Positions 63,946 through 64,000 of a stretch of DNA of 64,000 nucleotides are shown piece after piece. Every line of letters begins with the position of its first letter. Position 1 is the stretch's first letter. A program made the translations under genes and the position numbers. The stretch is taken from assembly GCF_963921235.1 (NCBI RefSeq), contig NC_086118.1, positions 24,492,001 to 24,556,000 of the forward strand, in the 5' to 3' direction. Origin of the DNA: Mobula hypostoma (lineage: Eukaryota). The notes beneath the pieces were generated by a model, which had not been told where the DNA came from, searched no databases, and was given only the letters and a program-made list of their open reading frames with translations.

Positions 63946-64000
63946 TGCACTTTTATAACCCAGCAGTAGTGGTTGCTGCAGTATGGACAAGCTAAGACCA

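Overview
AT-rich vertebrate genomic DNA, most likely a cartilaginous fish (inferred from HE1/V-SINE-type SINEs and the repeat families present). No host protein-coding gene is recognisable, and every identifiable ORF is a transposon fragment. More than half the window is nested mobile elements: CR1 LINEs of several ages, Rex1/Babar, RTE/BovB, an L1, Penelope-like elements (PLEs, GIY-YIG), an R4/Dong-like restriction-endonuclease LINE fragment, a Gypsy remnant, a solo LTR, Tc1, a hAT end and SINEs. The main signal is that the PLE copies carry a minimal type-I hammerhead ribozyme motif near their 3' end (AGTC-CTGACGA-A-GGGTCTCGGCCY-GAAA-CGTC^GACT). The core is intact at 5439-5474 (-) and decayed in about 7 other copies, two of which lie in one TSD-flanked inverted (fold-back) PLE insertion. 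Also notable are a three-layer nest (R4/Dong < PLE < solo LTR with 5-bp TSD), an L1 with an ~18-bp TSD at a canonical TT/AAAA site, and two ~98%-identical young CR1 copies that both inserted antisense into older CR1s. Family names come from remembered motifs, not database searches, and boundaries of old elements are approximate.
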